From the NCBI GenBank assembly GCA_033442325.1, contig JAWQFM010000001.1, positions 477,324 through 541,323 on the forward strand: a DNA stretch of 64,000 nucleotides. Reading direction: 5' to 3'. The position numbers were made by a program, and so were the translations under genes. Shown piece after piece: positions 41,233 through 55,300 of this stretch. How positions within the stretch are numbered: the stretch's first letter is position 1; each line of letters starts with the position of its first letter. The notes beneath the pieces are model-generated. The model saw only the letters and a list, made by a program, of their open reading frames with translations, did no database searches and was not told the origin of the DNA. The DNA comes from Salpingoeca rosetta. Lineage: Eukaryota; Protista; Choanoflagellata.

Positions 41233-42473
41233 ACACACACACACACACACACACTCAAGCAAGCACGATCACACACACACGCACACACACACACCGTCAC
41301 ACTCGGTGCCAGAGGAATCGAGGTCGCCGTATGGACAGTTGCAGTAGAAGCTGCCCTCCGTGTTGACGCAAGTTGCAGGTGAGACGCAGTTGTGCGTGCC
41401 AGTCGTGCACTCGTTGATGTCTGTCCACAGGATGAGAAAGAGGTGTTGGTGAGACTGTGAAGGCAAACACGGGTGTATGTGCACACTTGTGTGGTGGAGA
41501 GAAACTGCCAACTGCTCTTTTCTGAAATGCAGGGCAAGTACAGCAACAAGCAAACGCGTAACCAACCGTCACACGTGCGAGGAGAACCACTCCAGCTGCC
41601 TTCGTTTGAGACGATGCGACACTCGCGTGCGCCAGCAGTTCCGGACGAAGAAAGCTCATAACCATCATCACATGAATCGTACGTGCACTGGTCACCTACA
41701 AGTTCGTGCGGTTGAGTCGGGGAGTGAGTGAGTAAGTGAGGATTCGTGTGTGCGTGGGTGAAGGAGTCGCGGAGTAACGAGGTAACGTGACAGCGACAAC
41801 AGCACCGCGAACACACGATGGGCACCAGGATGGACTTGTGCCTACGCACACTCAACTGACCGAATGTTCCGCCGCAATCGCCCGTGACTGTGCCGTGTGT
41901 CAGACTGAGAGATCCGCAGCTCACACCTGTGGTGGAGACGGACGAGAGTTAAAGCGTCAAAGAATGAGTGTGTGTGAGGTGAGGAGGTGAGAAGCGTCGT
42001 GATAAGCGAACCGTGCAATGTAGTGACAACAAGTCTTCGCGCAGCAACACAACAGTCACGTGCAACTGGACGCACGCACACGTACGGGTGCATCCGTAGG
42101 TGCCGGAGCTGACGTAGCCGTCGCTGCTGTCACAGTTGATCTGCGCGTGCCAGGAACAGATGGAGCAATGAGCATGATGCGCGGTGATGAGGTTGGCAAC
42201 ATGGCGGGCAAAGACGGGTTGGTATTGAGGGAAGCCATACATGCTTCTGTGCTTGAAGGGACCATGTTTTGGTCAAGACAGCGGTGCTCTCACCTGACAG
42301 GTGTAAATTTGCCAGCGGCGATCTTCGTTGTCGTTGTCATGGTACGAAGCAAAGCCTGCAGGCACATACGCACATGCATCGCACATGAGTATTTGGGGTG
42401 CCTTGAGCATTATGGTCAAAATTTAACTTCAAGTGGTGCAATCAATGATCTAACTTCGACCCACATGCAGGTG

Positions 42474-42515
<42 letters not shown>

Positions 42516-44316
42516 CACACACACACACACACAGGTGCACACATGTACGCACCAGCGATAGCGTAGCCATCACGGACAGTGTATTCGAGACGGTCATCAA
42601 ACGTGTTCTCGTAGTTGCCCTTTGAGCAGTAGTCTGTTGGCGATTTCAGATGTATGACACGATGAATGTAACAAAGGCAACGTCAATAAGCAGAGAGCAG
42701 CTGGGTTGGATAGAGGATAGCAAGGTTGACTGATGAGGGAATAGTGTACTACGTGTAAAGAGTGACTAGACGAGGCAATGTGCCAGGAGCAACAGTGCCA
42801 CGTGCAATGTGCAAGAAATCAACACACAAGGTCCATGCACACACCGAGGGTGGCACCGGTGATGCGTCGACACCTGAACTTCCAGCGCCTGCAGTGAACA
42901 ATCCATGCACGGTGGGGACAGTGGATGAGAATGGATGCATGTCGCGGCAAGAAGGGTCAACGAGAACGAAAACAGTTGGCACATGGTGCAAGGCGCACAC
43001 AGCAAGCACAGTAACAACAGCAACAGCAGCAGCAGCAAGCTTCGGCATTCAAGTGGTACATCATTTCATACCGATCCTCCTGTGTAGCGTGTTTGTGTGA
43101 TTGTGTGTGTGTGTGATTGTGTATGATGTGAGCGGTCAAGTGGGAATGGTGAAAAGGTGCGAGTGGCTACGTGCAAGATCATTGTTCGTTCCCATCTATG
43201 CGCTGCAAGCACCAGGACGAGGACACGACGTGCAGCGCAAACATCAGGTGCCTTGCGTCAAGCACCCTCGACACAGAGCTGCAAGTCAGAGAGTGTGGAC
43301 AATGAGCTACGTACTCTGTTCTGTGTATGTGGATCGCGAAGGCACGGAAAAATGCGTAAAGGTAGCGAGAGGATAGGGGAGGGCGTATCAGTGAGTTGGT
43401 GAGCAGGGCACTCTTTTGATTTCGCGAGCAAGGCACAGAAGGAAGGCACACGCACGCACGCACAACAACAAGAATGGCATGTACGTTGCTGTGGTAGGAA
43501 TAAACGCCCTCGATGTAGTAGTTGGTGTTGCAGAGGTAATCAAACGAATGGTCTGTGGTGTGGAGAGGCAGCAGGGAACACGGTGAAGATGAGATCAGGC
43601 GCAGTGATTCGTGGAGCAGCAGCGTCAGTGACGTGAAGGCTTGAAGGGTTGAAGGGTTGAGGCAGACCCAATTGTTTGTCATCCAGCGTCATGCTAGTTT
43701 GGGGACTCACCAAAGTTGTTCACGTAGTCGGTGACGTAGGAGCTACCGTACCCGCTGCCATACCGGGAGCATTCAAACGCCCAACGACGATCCTCCCGAT
43801 TGTTGCTGTCATGCACGCATGGCGTACGCATGTGTGAGAGTGTGTATGCTATGTGTTGGTCGCACACTGTCCAGCATGAACACGAAGTGCCATCAGATCG
43901 GGCAAATCAGGCTCAAGCAGGTGCCCCTGACCTGTGGTAGGAGTCGATTGAGGTGATGCCTTTCCCTGACAAGCACCTGAAGCTCAGTGCGTCGTCCCCT
44001 AGAGTCCATGAGCGGAAAACCATTCACAACAACGGCCATGGTGAGGATGGCATTCATGGTGATGGCGGTGGTCATGAGAAGCAAGCTGACATCATTGTGG
44101 AACTCGTCGATAGAGAGGTACGCGCAACAACACAACAACACAACAACACAACAACACAACAACACAACAACACAACAACACAACAACACAACAACACGCA
44201 TGCACGCACGCACACACACGCACACACGCACAGTTGTTCTCGTAGGCGTGGGCAAACTGGTGCAAGGTGGTGACAAGCACGAACAGCATCAGTGCCACTG
44301 CTGTGGCATCCGCCAT
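33439..44316 (-). CDS. Giant type-I membrane mosaic protein: signal peptide, dermatopontin-like repeats, Sushi, Ca-binding EGF, FN3-like, Ser/Thr mucin, 2x PAN/Apple-like, large beta-rich region, SEA-like, TM, short tail
   Basis: Signal MADATAVALMLFVLVTTLHQFAHA. DERM motifs NREDRRWAFEC and DNEDRRWQIYTC. Sushi GDQCTYDSCDDGYEL..REC..WSGSPRTC. EGF DINECTTGTHNCVSPATCVNTEGSFYCNC. S/T tract 39380-39615. ECATLCKERSEWCLG and DCMQACSDDSDC. Long exons 36069-38652 and 33905-35672. TM exon ALLVVLIVMLIVQVYMCI, with the stop after FTHV. Confidence 0.85.
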
Positions 44317-45548
44317 CGCTGCTCTTTCTCTTCTGCGTCTCCGATTGCGGGATCCACGGATCGATCGCTGTTACTGCCAAAGGAAGATGAGACGACGGAG
44401 GTGGGGTGGGTCTTCTGCTTCTTCTCCTCGCACACTGTGGCCTGCTTGCTTGCAAGCACTTGGCCTTGGCGTGGATGGGGAAGGGGCTGCGCCTGTCGGT
44501 GTGACCTGTGTGTGAGGGCTGTGGTTCTGTGGCCTGGCTTGTGGCTTGGTCTTTCGGGTGTGATCTGTGGAGTGTGTCTCTTCTGGCTCTTGTGGTGTGA
44601 CGTCGCGGTGGCTTGAGGAAGAACAACGTTGCAGCAGGGAAAATGAACCTTTGACCGACCACAAACCACAAGACAGAGCAGCCCACGCGGGGCAACCGCT
44701 TGGCCTGCAGGTTGTGTGTGGGTTGCGCTCGAGCCTACCTCAAGCGATGAGGACTGCATGTCTTCCTTGCTTGCTTGGTGGTTGTGCCTGTGGCGTTCCT
44801 CCTTTCACACAAGCACACTTTTGCGGGCACCCTGCACACAACAACAGCAACAACAACCCCGTCTTGATTGTCGTCATCATTCTGGGACAAATAATTTGTA
44901 TTCTCGCTGAACGGAGCTTGTGTTTTGCATGCAGGCAAGCCGCGTCGTCGTCACAAAACACCCACGCACGCCAAGAACGCACGCCAAGACAACGCTCTTC
45001 ACTTTCAGTGAGGAGGCGCGAGGACACTAATTTTTGCTGGCGTGGCCAGTTGGCCGTCGCAATGAGAAAAAGAGGACGACGGGAGGACAGAGGACTGGGG
45101 CAAACTGGACAGTGGCGACACCCAAAACGAAAAGCGTCTACCACGCGCAAACCGTAGGATGTGTTGGCTCATGCCACCTCACGAGTTAAACAAGCCACCC
45201 ACTCAACAACAACACGACGCCGCACGTCCCAGAAATCAAGCAAGCAAGGGTTCGCTCACACTGGTGCCGTTGTGCTGCTGTTTGGTTTCTTGGCTTCTTG
45301 GAGTGGTTGCATTCGCACACCCTGATTCATTTTCCCTCATGCCCAGCCATCCTTCAGTTCTGAACCCAAGAAACCAGCAGAGTCTCTTGTTTGCTGTTGC
45401 CAACCACCCACCCCCCCCCCCCAAACACACACACACAACACACACACACACACACAGACCACGACCCTCTGCCTTCTTGCGAACACTGATTCCTCCACTC
45501 TACTCTCTTCTGCTGCGTGCCAGCCTTCTTGCTTGCAAGCACGCCAAG

Positions 45549-45655
45549 ATGGCACACGCCGTGCTTGTTTTCGCCGTGTTCCTGCTGGCAGCCGCAACTC
45601 AAACACAGGCCTACGTCAACTGCTGGGGTAATAAGTCTGGCGGTGGGATCTGCTA

Positions 45656-45727
<72 letters not shown>

Positions 45728-48599
45728 GGCTGTCTCCGCTGCTCCTCCCCTCCCCTCAGCCCTTTCTCTCTTCGCCTGCACGTTTGCTGCTTGTTGGACT
45801 ACGACAGAAGACGACTCAAATCCCTACGATGCCTCCTCACCACACATCTCTCGCCCGCTGTTCCCTCTTCTCCTTACTATGTACATTCCCTGCTCTGCTG
45901 GATGCGGTAACACAGACTGCCCCTTCAAGTTCAAGTGCCCAAATCGGCAAGGCCTGGCTGCATTGACATCAATCCACTCGAATCGACGCGGTACGTACCA
46001 CACAGTGTCATGTGGTTCTTATGTGTGCCTGCCTGCAGTCTTCATATGTGTGTGTATGTGTGCGTGTGTGCGAATAAATGTGTGTGTGTGTGTGCGAGTA
46101 AATATGTGCGTGTGTGTGTGTGCGCGCGCGCGTGTGTGTGTGTACACGCTTGTGCCCTGTCGGGGGTTCTTGCTTGGCTTTCTTTGGTTCCAGGGAGAGG
46201 AGTGTTCTGGCTTGCTTTTCACGATCGGGTGCCTCTTCAGGCGGCTTGAGCCCCCCCCCCCGCAATTCTCGCACATGACTGACTCTCAACCACCATCTCT
46301 CCATCTTGCTGTGCAACATCTGTCAACCAAAACAACCGATATCCAACCTACCCTCGCAGAGGATCGTCGCTGGAACTTTGCTTGCGCATCCGCTGGCGTT
46401 GGCACAACCGGCCAAACGTCAAGGTCTGGCGGCCTCGATTTCAACCAGTTCGATCGGCCCCTGTCCTTCACTTGCCCAGAAGACTACTACCTCACCACCC
46501 TTGAGTCAGCGCATTCAAACAACAAGGAAGACAGGTGAGCGTGATGCGCTTGCTTCACCATTGCCTGCAGGCACACCTGTGCCACAGTGGCACATAGTCA
46601 AGTGTTTCTCCATCCTCTGCACACACACACACACACATACATGCACATACACATACACACATACACACATACACACACTTTCTCTTTCGCTTTTTCTCAC
46701 TCTCACAAACATGTCACACGCAATTGTGCACACCACCGCGCGAAACAATGCGGTGCAGGGTGTGGAGGTTTGAGTGCAGAAAGATCGCAAACGCATACCT
46801 CAGGGGTTGCTCCACCACGGGTTACCTCAACGGCTTTGTGAGTTGGCTTGTGTGTTGTTGGTGAAGTCATGAGGGCAGTGACTTGATCGCGTGCAGGCGT
46901 ACACGCACGTGCTTGCTGTTTATTTCTCACGCGTTCATGTCACACACCCACACCCACATGCATCTCACGCATTGATTCTGTTGAAAGGATCAACCCCTCA
47001 ACTACATCGCAAGCAACGATCGCATCATCACCGGCCTGCACTCCTATCACAGTGAGTACATGTGCGTACACTCACAGCGAGTACATGTGCGTACACACGC
47101 CTCCTGAATCCCTTCCTTTGTGTGTCTCCGTGTCTTCGTTTTCTTTGTGTCTGTGTTCTTCGCGCTTCGAAGACGATGTGTCGCCAACCACCACCACCAC
47201 ACACACATACACCCGCACACAACCACATACACACACGCACACACCACGACAGACAACCGCAAGGAAGACCGTCGCTGGAAAGTGTCCACGTGCAAGGTGG
47301 AGTGCGATCTCAACAGCAACTACATCACCCGCCGCGACCGCACTTGCGACAGTAAGCGTCTTACACGAGATGGGAAAATTAGAGCATCAGCCTCACGCAT
47401 CTGTGTGTCGTGTGTGGGTGTTGCTTTGCTTTCGGTCACCATCCTTCACATCCACAAACTCTCACACCTCATCACTGCATCGATTCACATGCTCTCTTGC
47501 AAACATGCGATCACGTCATCACAGCCATCAGCGAGAGTACGCTGTCTCAAGGCACGTACGTCAATGACTTCCAAAGCCCGTTTTACGTCACATGCCCCGA
47601 CAACACCGGCATGTATGAAGTTCGCAGCTATCACGAGTACGTTTCCACATGGGCGCGAGAGCGAGGCTGGAACTCAACTTTGCTGGAAAGTGTGACCCTG
47701 TTTGATGTTGATCATGATATGATGACTTGTTTGTGGGGTGTGTGTGGGGGGGGGCAAAGGGGTTTCACTGTCAAGCGTTCTCATTGTCATCTTGCATGCT
47801 GGTTCACAGCAACAACCAGGCAGACAGGAGGTGGCGGTACTATTGTGACACAATTGGTGGTCCGACTGCGGGCAGCAAGACCGGATGGAGCTCTGCCGAT
47901 TACTCTCGCCTTGGCCTGCGCCACACCTTCTCGTGTCCAGACAACACATGTGCGTTTGCGCCTTCCCATAGCCGCATTGTTGGGCGAAGGGGGTGTCCAC
48001 GACGTATTGGACGTCGAAGCGATGCGTGAGTCATGAGTGCATGCCTTATCGTTGTACTTATGGCACATCTTCCTTTTCTCTAACACGCACGAGCGCACAA
48101 CACAAACCAAACAACCGCACCCACGTCTGCGTTGTTTGGGACAGACATGCGCGGGATGAAGTCTACTTTCGTTGCTGACGCAAACGACCGCGTGTTCAGC
48201 TATCAGTGCCAAGCCATCTCATCCGCTACCCTTACAAACTGCATCACGCAGCCATTCCAGAATATCTTCGACAACGCGCTCACCTTCAACGCTGGCACAA
48301 AGAGAGTCATCACAGGTAACAGTGCCAGCACCATGACGGCCGCGTGTGTATGTTTACGCGCGAATACACGACCTTGTTGTGCGACGTGGGGGCCAAGGGC
48401 TTTCGCGTCGTCAGACTTCCGTGCTCGCTTTCCATTGTGTCCATGTCTCATTGCGGTGTGTGTGTGTGTGTGTTGATGATGTTGATGTTGACGTTGATGT
48501 TGATGCTAGGCATCCTTTCGGACTACCTCGCGTCAGCAATGGACCGCACGTTCCACATTCGAACCTGCCAAGTAAGCTTGAGTCATTGTGCGCTGTCCG

Positions 48600-48643
<44 letters not shown>

Positions 48644-51507
48644 ATGCCTGGTGTGCCACGGCACTAGCAAGCCATTCACCAAGTGCTTTTGTGCAATGCA
48701 ACCAGGTCTCGTGTGCCACGGACTACGTGTCGGACGGCGGTCGCGGATGTGTTTGTGAGTACTTCGACAACACTCCTGATGCTACTGTGTCATCTGCGAT
48801 CCACCCATGTGACAGCACCGTCAAGCACGCAGAGCACACTCCCCTTTTCACACGCATTCTCATTCACACATACGCGCGCACTTTGTCGCTCCTGCTCGCT
48901 TTCTAGTCAAACCATGTTCTGCCCTGTCTTTGACGCGTGGCAGCCTTTCCGGCGACTGCCAAGGCTACCCAGGTGTGTGATCGTGTGAAGTAATTGCTTG
49001 CATGCACTGGATGAGATGCCATAGGTGGATAAATTACATGTGTGCTGTTGCTCCTCCTCGTACTTTGTCACCATGAGCTTATTCACTCAACTGTGGCACC
49101 AATGCTGTGTGCTTTTATGTGCATCCATGTCTTCCTTCGCAGGCGACGTGTGCTCGTACAGCAGCTGCAATGAGGGCTATGTCTTGTCTTCCACCGGTGT
49201 CACCCGCACGTGCCAGGATTCTGGCTCCTGGACAAACAGCGCTGCCACGTGTCAGCGTGAGTACCTTCCAGCGCTGTGTGTGGTTGTGTATGTGTGTGAG
49301 CGTGAGTTAGCGTGTGTGTCTGCTGAGTGTGAGTGCGTATGCGCGTGTGTGTATGCGCGTGTGTGTATGTGCATTCGTGGATTACGCCTTCGTCTGGTCA
49401 GCCTTCCTTCGTGGTTTTGTTCATCTTTCTATTGTTGCGTGCTTACAATCATGTGCTGCCGTATCCGTGACGTGACGTGACGTGTGTGTTTTCTAGGGGT
49501 CACCTGCGGTTCGCTGTCCCTCTCCCACGGCACCCTCTCCGGCAGTTGCAGCGGCGACTACGGTGTGTGTGTGTGTGTGTGTATGTGTGCTTACTTGTTT
49601 GCTCGCTCGCTTGCTTGTTTGCTTGTCTGTTTGCTTTGCTTGCATGCACGTATCTTTCCTCTACCTTTTCCTGCGCCTGTAACTAGTTCCATTGCTTCGC
49701 CACCCGCTTCGTGTGCGCTTACTTCTCCACACCCACACCACGTACATGCATGCGCCTCCCCCTTTCTTGCAGGCGAGACATGCACTTTTTCGCGGTGTGA
49801 TGATGGATATGCCCCGACGTCTGGCTCGACATCCCGCACATGTGGTTACAACGGCTGGTCTGGATCCGCCATCAGCTGCGAACGTGAGATGTCAGCGCCT
49901 GTTGTATGTATGTGCGCGTGTGCGCGCGCGCGCGTGTGTGTGTGTGCGTGCGTGTGCCTGTGCCTGCCCCTCTGTCTGCGTGAAAAGCGTTGTGGATCAC
50001 AAGCGGAAACAAGTATGCATTCACCATCGCAAACATCACCGCCTGTGACTGCATGAACACCCCAACAGCCGTGTCCTGCCCATCCCTCTCCATCAGCAAC
50101 GGCGCCACCAGTGGCTCGTGCAACGGCGACTACGGTGAGTCACTCATGCACATGTGTGTGCGTTTGGACATGCGTGCGTGTGTGTGCGCGTGTGTGTGCG
50201 TACATGTGATGTACATGTGTGTGCGTTGGTTTGTTTGAACTGTGGTGCCGCCATCCAATATCAGCAGCTTCTGCCCTTCTTCGCTGGCACAATACTGTGT
50301 GACGCACTTCCAACACACAGCGCACCACCAACCCTCCACAACGAGACATCATATGCAACCACCACGCTCACCTTTGACTTGACACGCATTCTGCCTGGGT
50401 TCGTCGCCTGTGATGGTTTTGCAGGCGACTCGTGCACGCTGCGGTGCAACGTTGGCTATGCATTGACACACAGCCACATGCACACAGTCGCAAGTCGATG
50501 GCAGTGCGGCTTGGACCGGCAGCGACGTGTCATGCACACGTGAGTGAATGCTTGTGAGTGAATGCTTGTGTGTGTGTGTGTGTGTGGCGAACTTGTGTTC
50601 TGCGGATGACAATGTGCACGGCGTATTTGGATATGTGCATCGCCGCTGCTTTGTGTTTAGCCATAGCACTCCCGCCCTGATCCGACGCTCATCTCACGTC
50701 CTCACGTGCGACAATGTGTCTGCTACTTGCAGCGATTGATTGTGGATCACTGAGCTTGTCCAACGGGCAGCTGGCTGGCGGCTGCAGCGGCTCTTACGGT
50801 GAGATTCTGTTGCATGCGTGTGCGTGCGTGTGTGAACATGTGCGATCACATGTGTTGTACGAAGTCGACTAGCTGTGTGCAGATATGTCATCTCTTTGCC
50901 TATCACCTCACACCATGCTCATTTGCGTTTTGTGTTTGCTCTTCTTGTGATCCCAGGCGATGCATGCACGTACGACTCGTGCAATACCAACTACGAGCTC
51001 TCCGAGGATGGTGATGCAACGCGCGTGTGTCAGCAGGACGGCAACGACGGCGTTTGGACTGGCACTGCCAAGACCTGCGAACGTACGTCATGTGTATGCT
51101 TGTGTGCGTGTGTGCTGTGTGATTGTGTGATTGTGTGTGTGTGTGTGTGTGTGTGTGAGTCAGTGTATTGTGCGTGTGTGTGTGTGTGTGTGTGTGTGCG
51201 TGGGCTCGAATGTACTTACACTTCTGATCCCCTCCCGTTGGCACATGCATGCCTGCAAGCACACCTGTACGTGCGCGCTTGTGCTAACAATGAAACCATC
51301 GCTTGTGCTGAAACCAGGCATCAAGTGCCCAACGCTGACCGTGGCCAATGGCGCTGTCAGCGGCGACTGTGATGGCCTGTCAGGTGTGCCATTGCGTTTT
51401 GTTTGGGTGGACAATGCTGCTGACGAACAAGAGTAGTTTTCCATGCGGTGCTGTTGTGCTGCGCGATGCCTGCCTTTGTGGATCGTGCTCCCTTGTCTCT
51501 CATTCTT

Positions 51508-51599
<92 letters not shown>

Positions 51600-51897
51600 T
51601 CTCTCCCTCTCTCTCTCCCTCTCTCTCTCCCTCTCTCTCCCTCTCTCTCTCCCTCTCTCTCCCTCTCTCTCCCTCTCTCTCCCTCTCTCTCCCTCTCTCT
51701 CCCTCGCTCTCTGTACGCTCTGTGTGTGTTTACAGTTGGAGACGAGTGCACCGTGTCCTCGTGCGACTCTGGGTACTGGTTCTCTGACAGCGGCAGCAGG
51801 ACGGTCACGTGCACAGAAGTCAACGGCGAGCGCATGTGGTCCGGATCTCTCAACACATGCGAAGGTGAGCAGGCAAGGAGAAAGGAATACAGTTGCT

Positions 51898-51931
<34 letters not shown>

Positions 51932-52273
51932 GCGGTGCACACCAGAGCTTCGCCTCCTCCATCTGCGAAAATCGGCAGAGACTATCTCCATTCGCAATGC
52001 TCACCACAACCCCGCCCCCACTGTGGTTGTCCGTATTTCATGGTGCGTGCAGCTGTGACGTGTATGGCGCTGTCGCTGAATCATGGCTCCGTGTCTGGCT
52101 CGTGCTCCGGCACTGTCGGTATGTCATCAGAGCAGTTCAATCAATGCCAGTAGCACTTGATGCGTTGGGGTTCACACGCAGCTGCTGCTTTGCTCCATGC
52201 CTTGCGAGTGCCACTCCATCGCCACCTCGACGCCCTCTCACATTGTGCGTGAATTCGAAATGCGTGCAACCAC

Positions 52274-52332
<59 letters not shown>

Positions 52333-55300
52333 CCAACAACAACACCACCAACAACAACAACAATAACAACCAGGCGACCAGTGCACGTATTCGGGCTGTG
52401 ACGACGGCTTCCTGCTGTCGTCTGAAGGCACAACAACGCGCACATGTACTCAGAACGAAGACACCGCAAGCTGGAGCGGCGACGCCAAGAGCTGCTTCGG
52501 TTCGTGCATGGATACGTTGTAGTGGATGATGACATGGGCCACTCTACAGCTGCAGTTGTTTCCTTTGCTGACAGTTGCACGTTAATCCCGGCTGTCTTCA
52601 TCAACACTCACTCCTCGCCTCTTCTGTCTCTTGTTGCGTACAGAACTGCTGGAAGGGGCGTCGGGGGAGACGTTCACGCTCTCTTGCGCTTCCGGCCAGG
52701 GCTTTGTTGGCGTCACCTCAGATGCCCAAAACTCGGCTGTGGGAGGTGTGCTGTTCGTTTGCTTGTTGTGTGTGTGTGTGTCATTTGTGCGCGTCGCTTG
52801 TACGCACACTCGTATGCACACTTGCACGTGTGCAGCCTCAAAAGTTCTTGCTCATGTGCGCGAGCAGTATGTTGTTACAACTTCCCTACTTGCTGTTGTG
52901 CTGCGCTCTCCTCATCTTCGTCTTCATCTTCGTCGTCTCATCGATGATTGTTGTGTTGTTTCGATTGCATCTTCGCATTGCCGTGAACAGACCGCCGCGA
53001 CTGGGGCTTTGCCTGTGATGATGTTGGCAGCAACGACGCCAACCGTGTGTGGAACATGCACGAGGAGATCAACTCTGCTCGCGGCAGCTTTGACTTCACC
53101 TGCCCTCATGACTCATACTGTACGTCTCATGGGATCATCATGTCTTTGCATCTGTGTGCGTGTGATTGTTGTCTGGTTGTATGCATCCGTGTGCGTGAGC
53201 GACCATGTTGTGTATTTGCGGTTACATGTGCACTTTTGACTGTGATGGCTTCTTGACCCCTTCCATCTTGTTTCTTGCACACCTGCTGCAGACATCTCTG
53301 GTGTGACGACATCATACCTTGACAGCCCCAACGACCGCCTGTGGGGGTTCCAGTGCTCGCTCATCTTTGGCGCCACACTCGGCAACTGCCAGCTCAGCAG
53401 CTCTTACAGCGCCAGCACCTTCAACTTTGACTACGCCGTCCCCACGGGACACGTGCTTGTCGGTGAGTGCGTGAGTGTTTGTGTGATGAGAGTGTGTGTG
53501 CGGGGGTGAGTTTGAGTACGCGTACATGTGTACATGTGTGAGTGAGTTTGAATACGCATGTGGGTTGACGATCGTGCCTTTCTCTCGTGTTGCTCATGCT
53601 TCAAATTATGCATGCAAACACGCACGTCGTCTCTGTCCATCTTTCTCCATTCAACTGCAGGTGTCAAGTCGTCGTACTCCACATCCTCTGGCTCCCGCTC
53701 CTTCCAGTTTAGGACCTGCGAGGTACCCACCACATGCCATCGTGTGTGAAAGTGTGCGTGCGTGCGTGATGCTTGGAAGAACTGCGTGAACAGATTATGT
53801 GTTGACGTCCACTCATTCAACCCGCTGCACAATATGCTGGATATGAACGTGTTCAGGTCCAGTGTAGGACTGGACAGGAATACTTTTCCACTGGTGGTGC
53901 AGAGTGCCAGCGTGAGTGTGGCTAAGATCGCGATCATGCGCACTCCCAGAGAGTGAAGCTGTTTGTGTGCTTGCTGACACAATAGTGCCTTTCAGGGAGG
54001 TTGAGCGTGTGGGCTGTTCTCATCTCGCTTCAACTGTTAGCGCGCCCCCTCACGTACACCATCACACCCCTCACCACACTGTGCTTGTCTGCGCAGGTGT
54101 TGGCTGTGGAGCGCTGACGCTGGAGAATGGCGCTGTGTCGGGTTCCTGCGATGGCAACATCGGTACGAATGCGTGGAGTGTCTGCCCATGCTTTGGTTGC
54201 ACTCGTTCTCATTTTTTCTTCTCTTTCTCCATCTACAGCAGCAGCTGTTGTTGTTACATCCCTTGCTTGCATCTTATCATGCGACGCCTGGCGGTGTTGA
54301 TGATGACGCCGATGTTCGCTCACCGTCACTGCACTGCACGATGACTGCCACCTGCCAGGCGATCAATGCGACTACGAGCAGTGCAACGGCGGCTACACGC
54401 TCTCAGAGAGCGGCAGTTCCCAGCGCGAGTGCGTTGTGGTCAATGACAAGCCACAGTGGTCGGGCCAGGCCAAGACGTGTGAACGTAAGTCAAAGCGTGC
54501 ATGCGTGCTTGTGTGAGCTTTGGGGGTGCATGTGGCACCGCTTATGTGCACATCTGCTCTTGCGTCATTGCTCGATTGACAAACACGACTCGCTCACTCA
54601 ACTCACTCGCTCACACACGTACACACACTCACTCACTCACACGTGCACACACACTCTCGGCTGCTGTAGGCGTGACAACGACGACCGCCGAGCCAACAAC
54701 GCTGGATGTGTGCAGCGTGTACAAGACTGCGCCCAACCCAACAACGTGCCGCTCACAATGCGACTACTACGACAGAGGCGATGCAACCTTCAGCAAGTCT
54801 TACGGCGAATGCTCCAACGTGTGTACACAAAGTGTATCTGTATTGATGTGTTTGTGTGATCATGGTACCCGTAATTGCATGACCTTTCACTGTCGTTTGT
54901 GGTACTGCTGTCCCGTCGTTTCAGTCACGCTGTGCACTGTGAAATCCTCAGCATCTGACACGCACGCACACACACGCTTACACGCGCACACTGCATACAC
55001 GTGCAACCACCACTCTTGTGACTTTGCTGACCTGTTCGTTCAGGTGTGCACGTGCGGGTGCCGACGTCGCTTCAAGATCACCAAGACGGAGGAGCGGTGC
55101 AGTGCACACTGTGCAGACCAGGGTCTGGCCGCTGCGTTCCGCGACATGCACCTTGGCTGCCGAAAGGTGGGTCAATTGTCTTTGCTTTCTTGTGTTGGCT
55201 CTGTTTATTTGCCTCGGTGTACCGTTTTGTGTGTGTGTGTGTGTGTTTGTGGTGGCTTTTCAAGTATCTGTATTTGCACAGTGTATCATTTGCCTACGTT

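Noticed and set aside
19182-45142. Shared CGTCTACC in two divergent intergenic regions (~19182 and ~45135)
   Set aside because: An 8-mer in GC-rich DNA that I did not find in the other divergent intervals; chance cannot be excluded.
47048-47097. 25-bp tandem duplication covering a splice donor (GTGAGT and GCGAGT copies)
   Set aside because: Using the second copy would break the frame; most simply local slippage.
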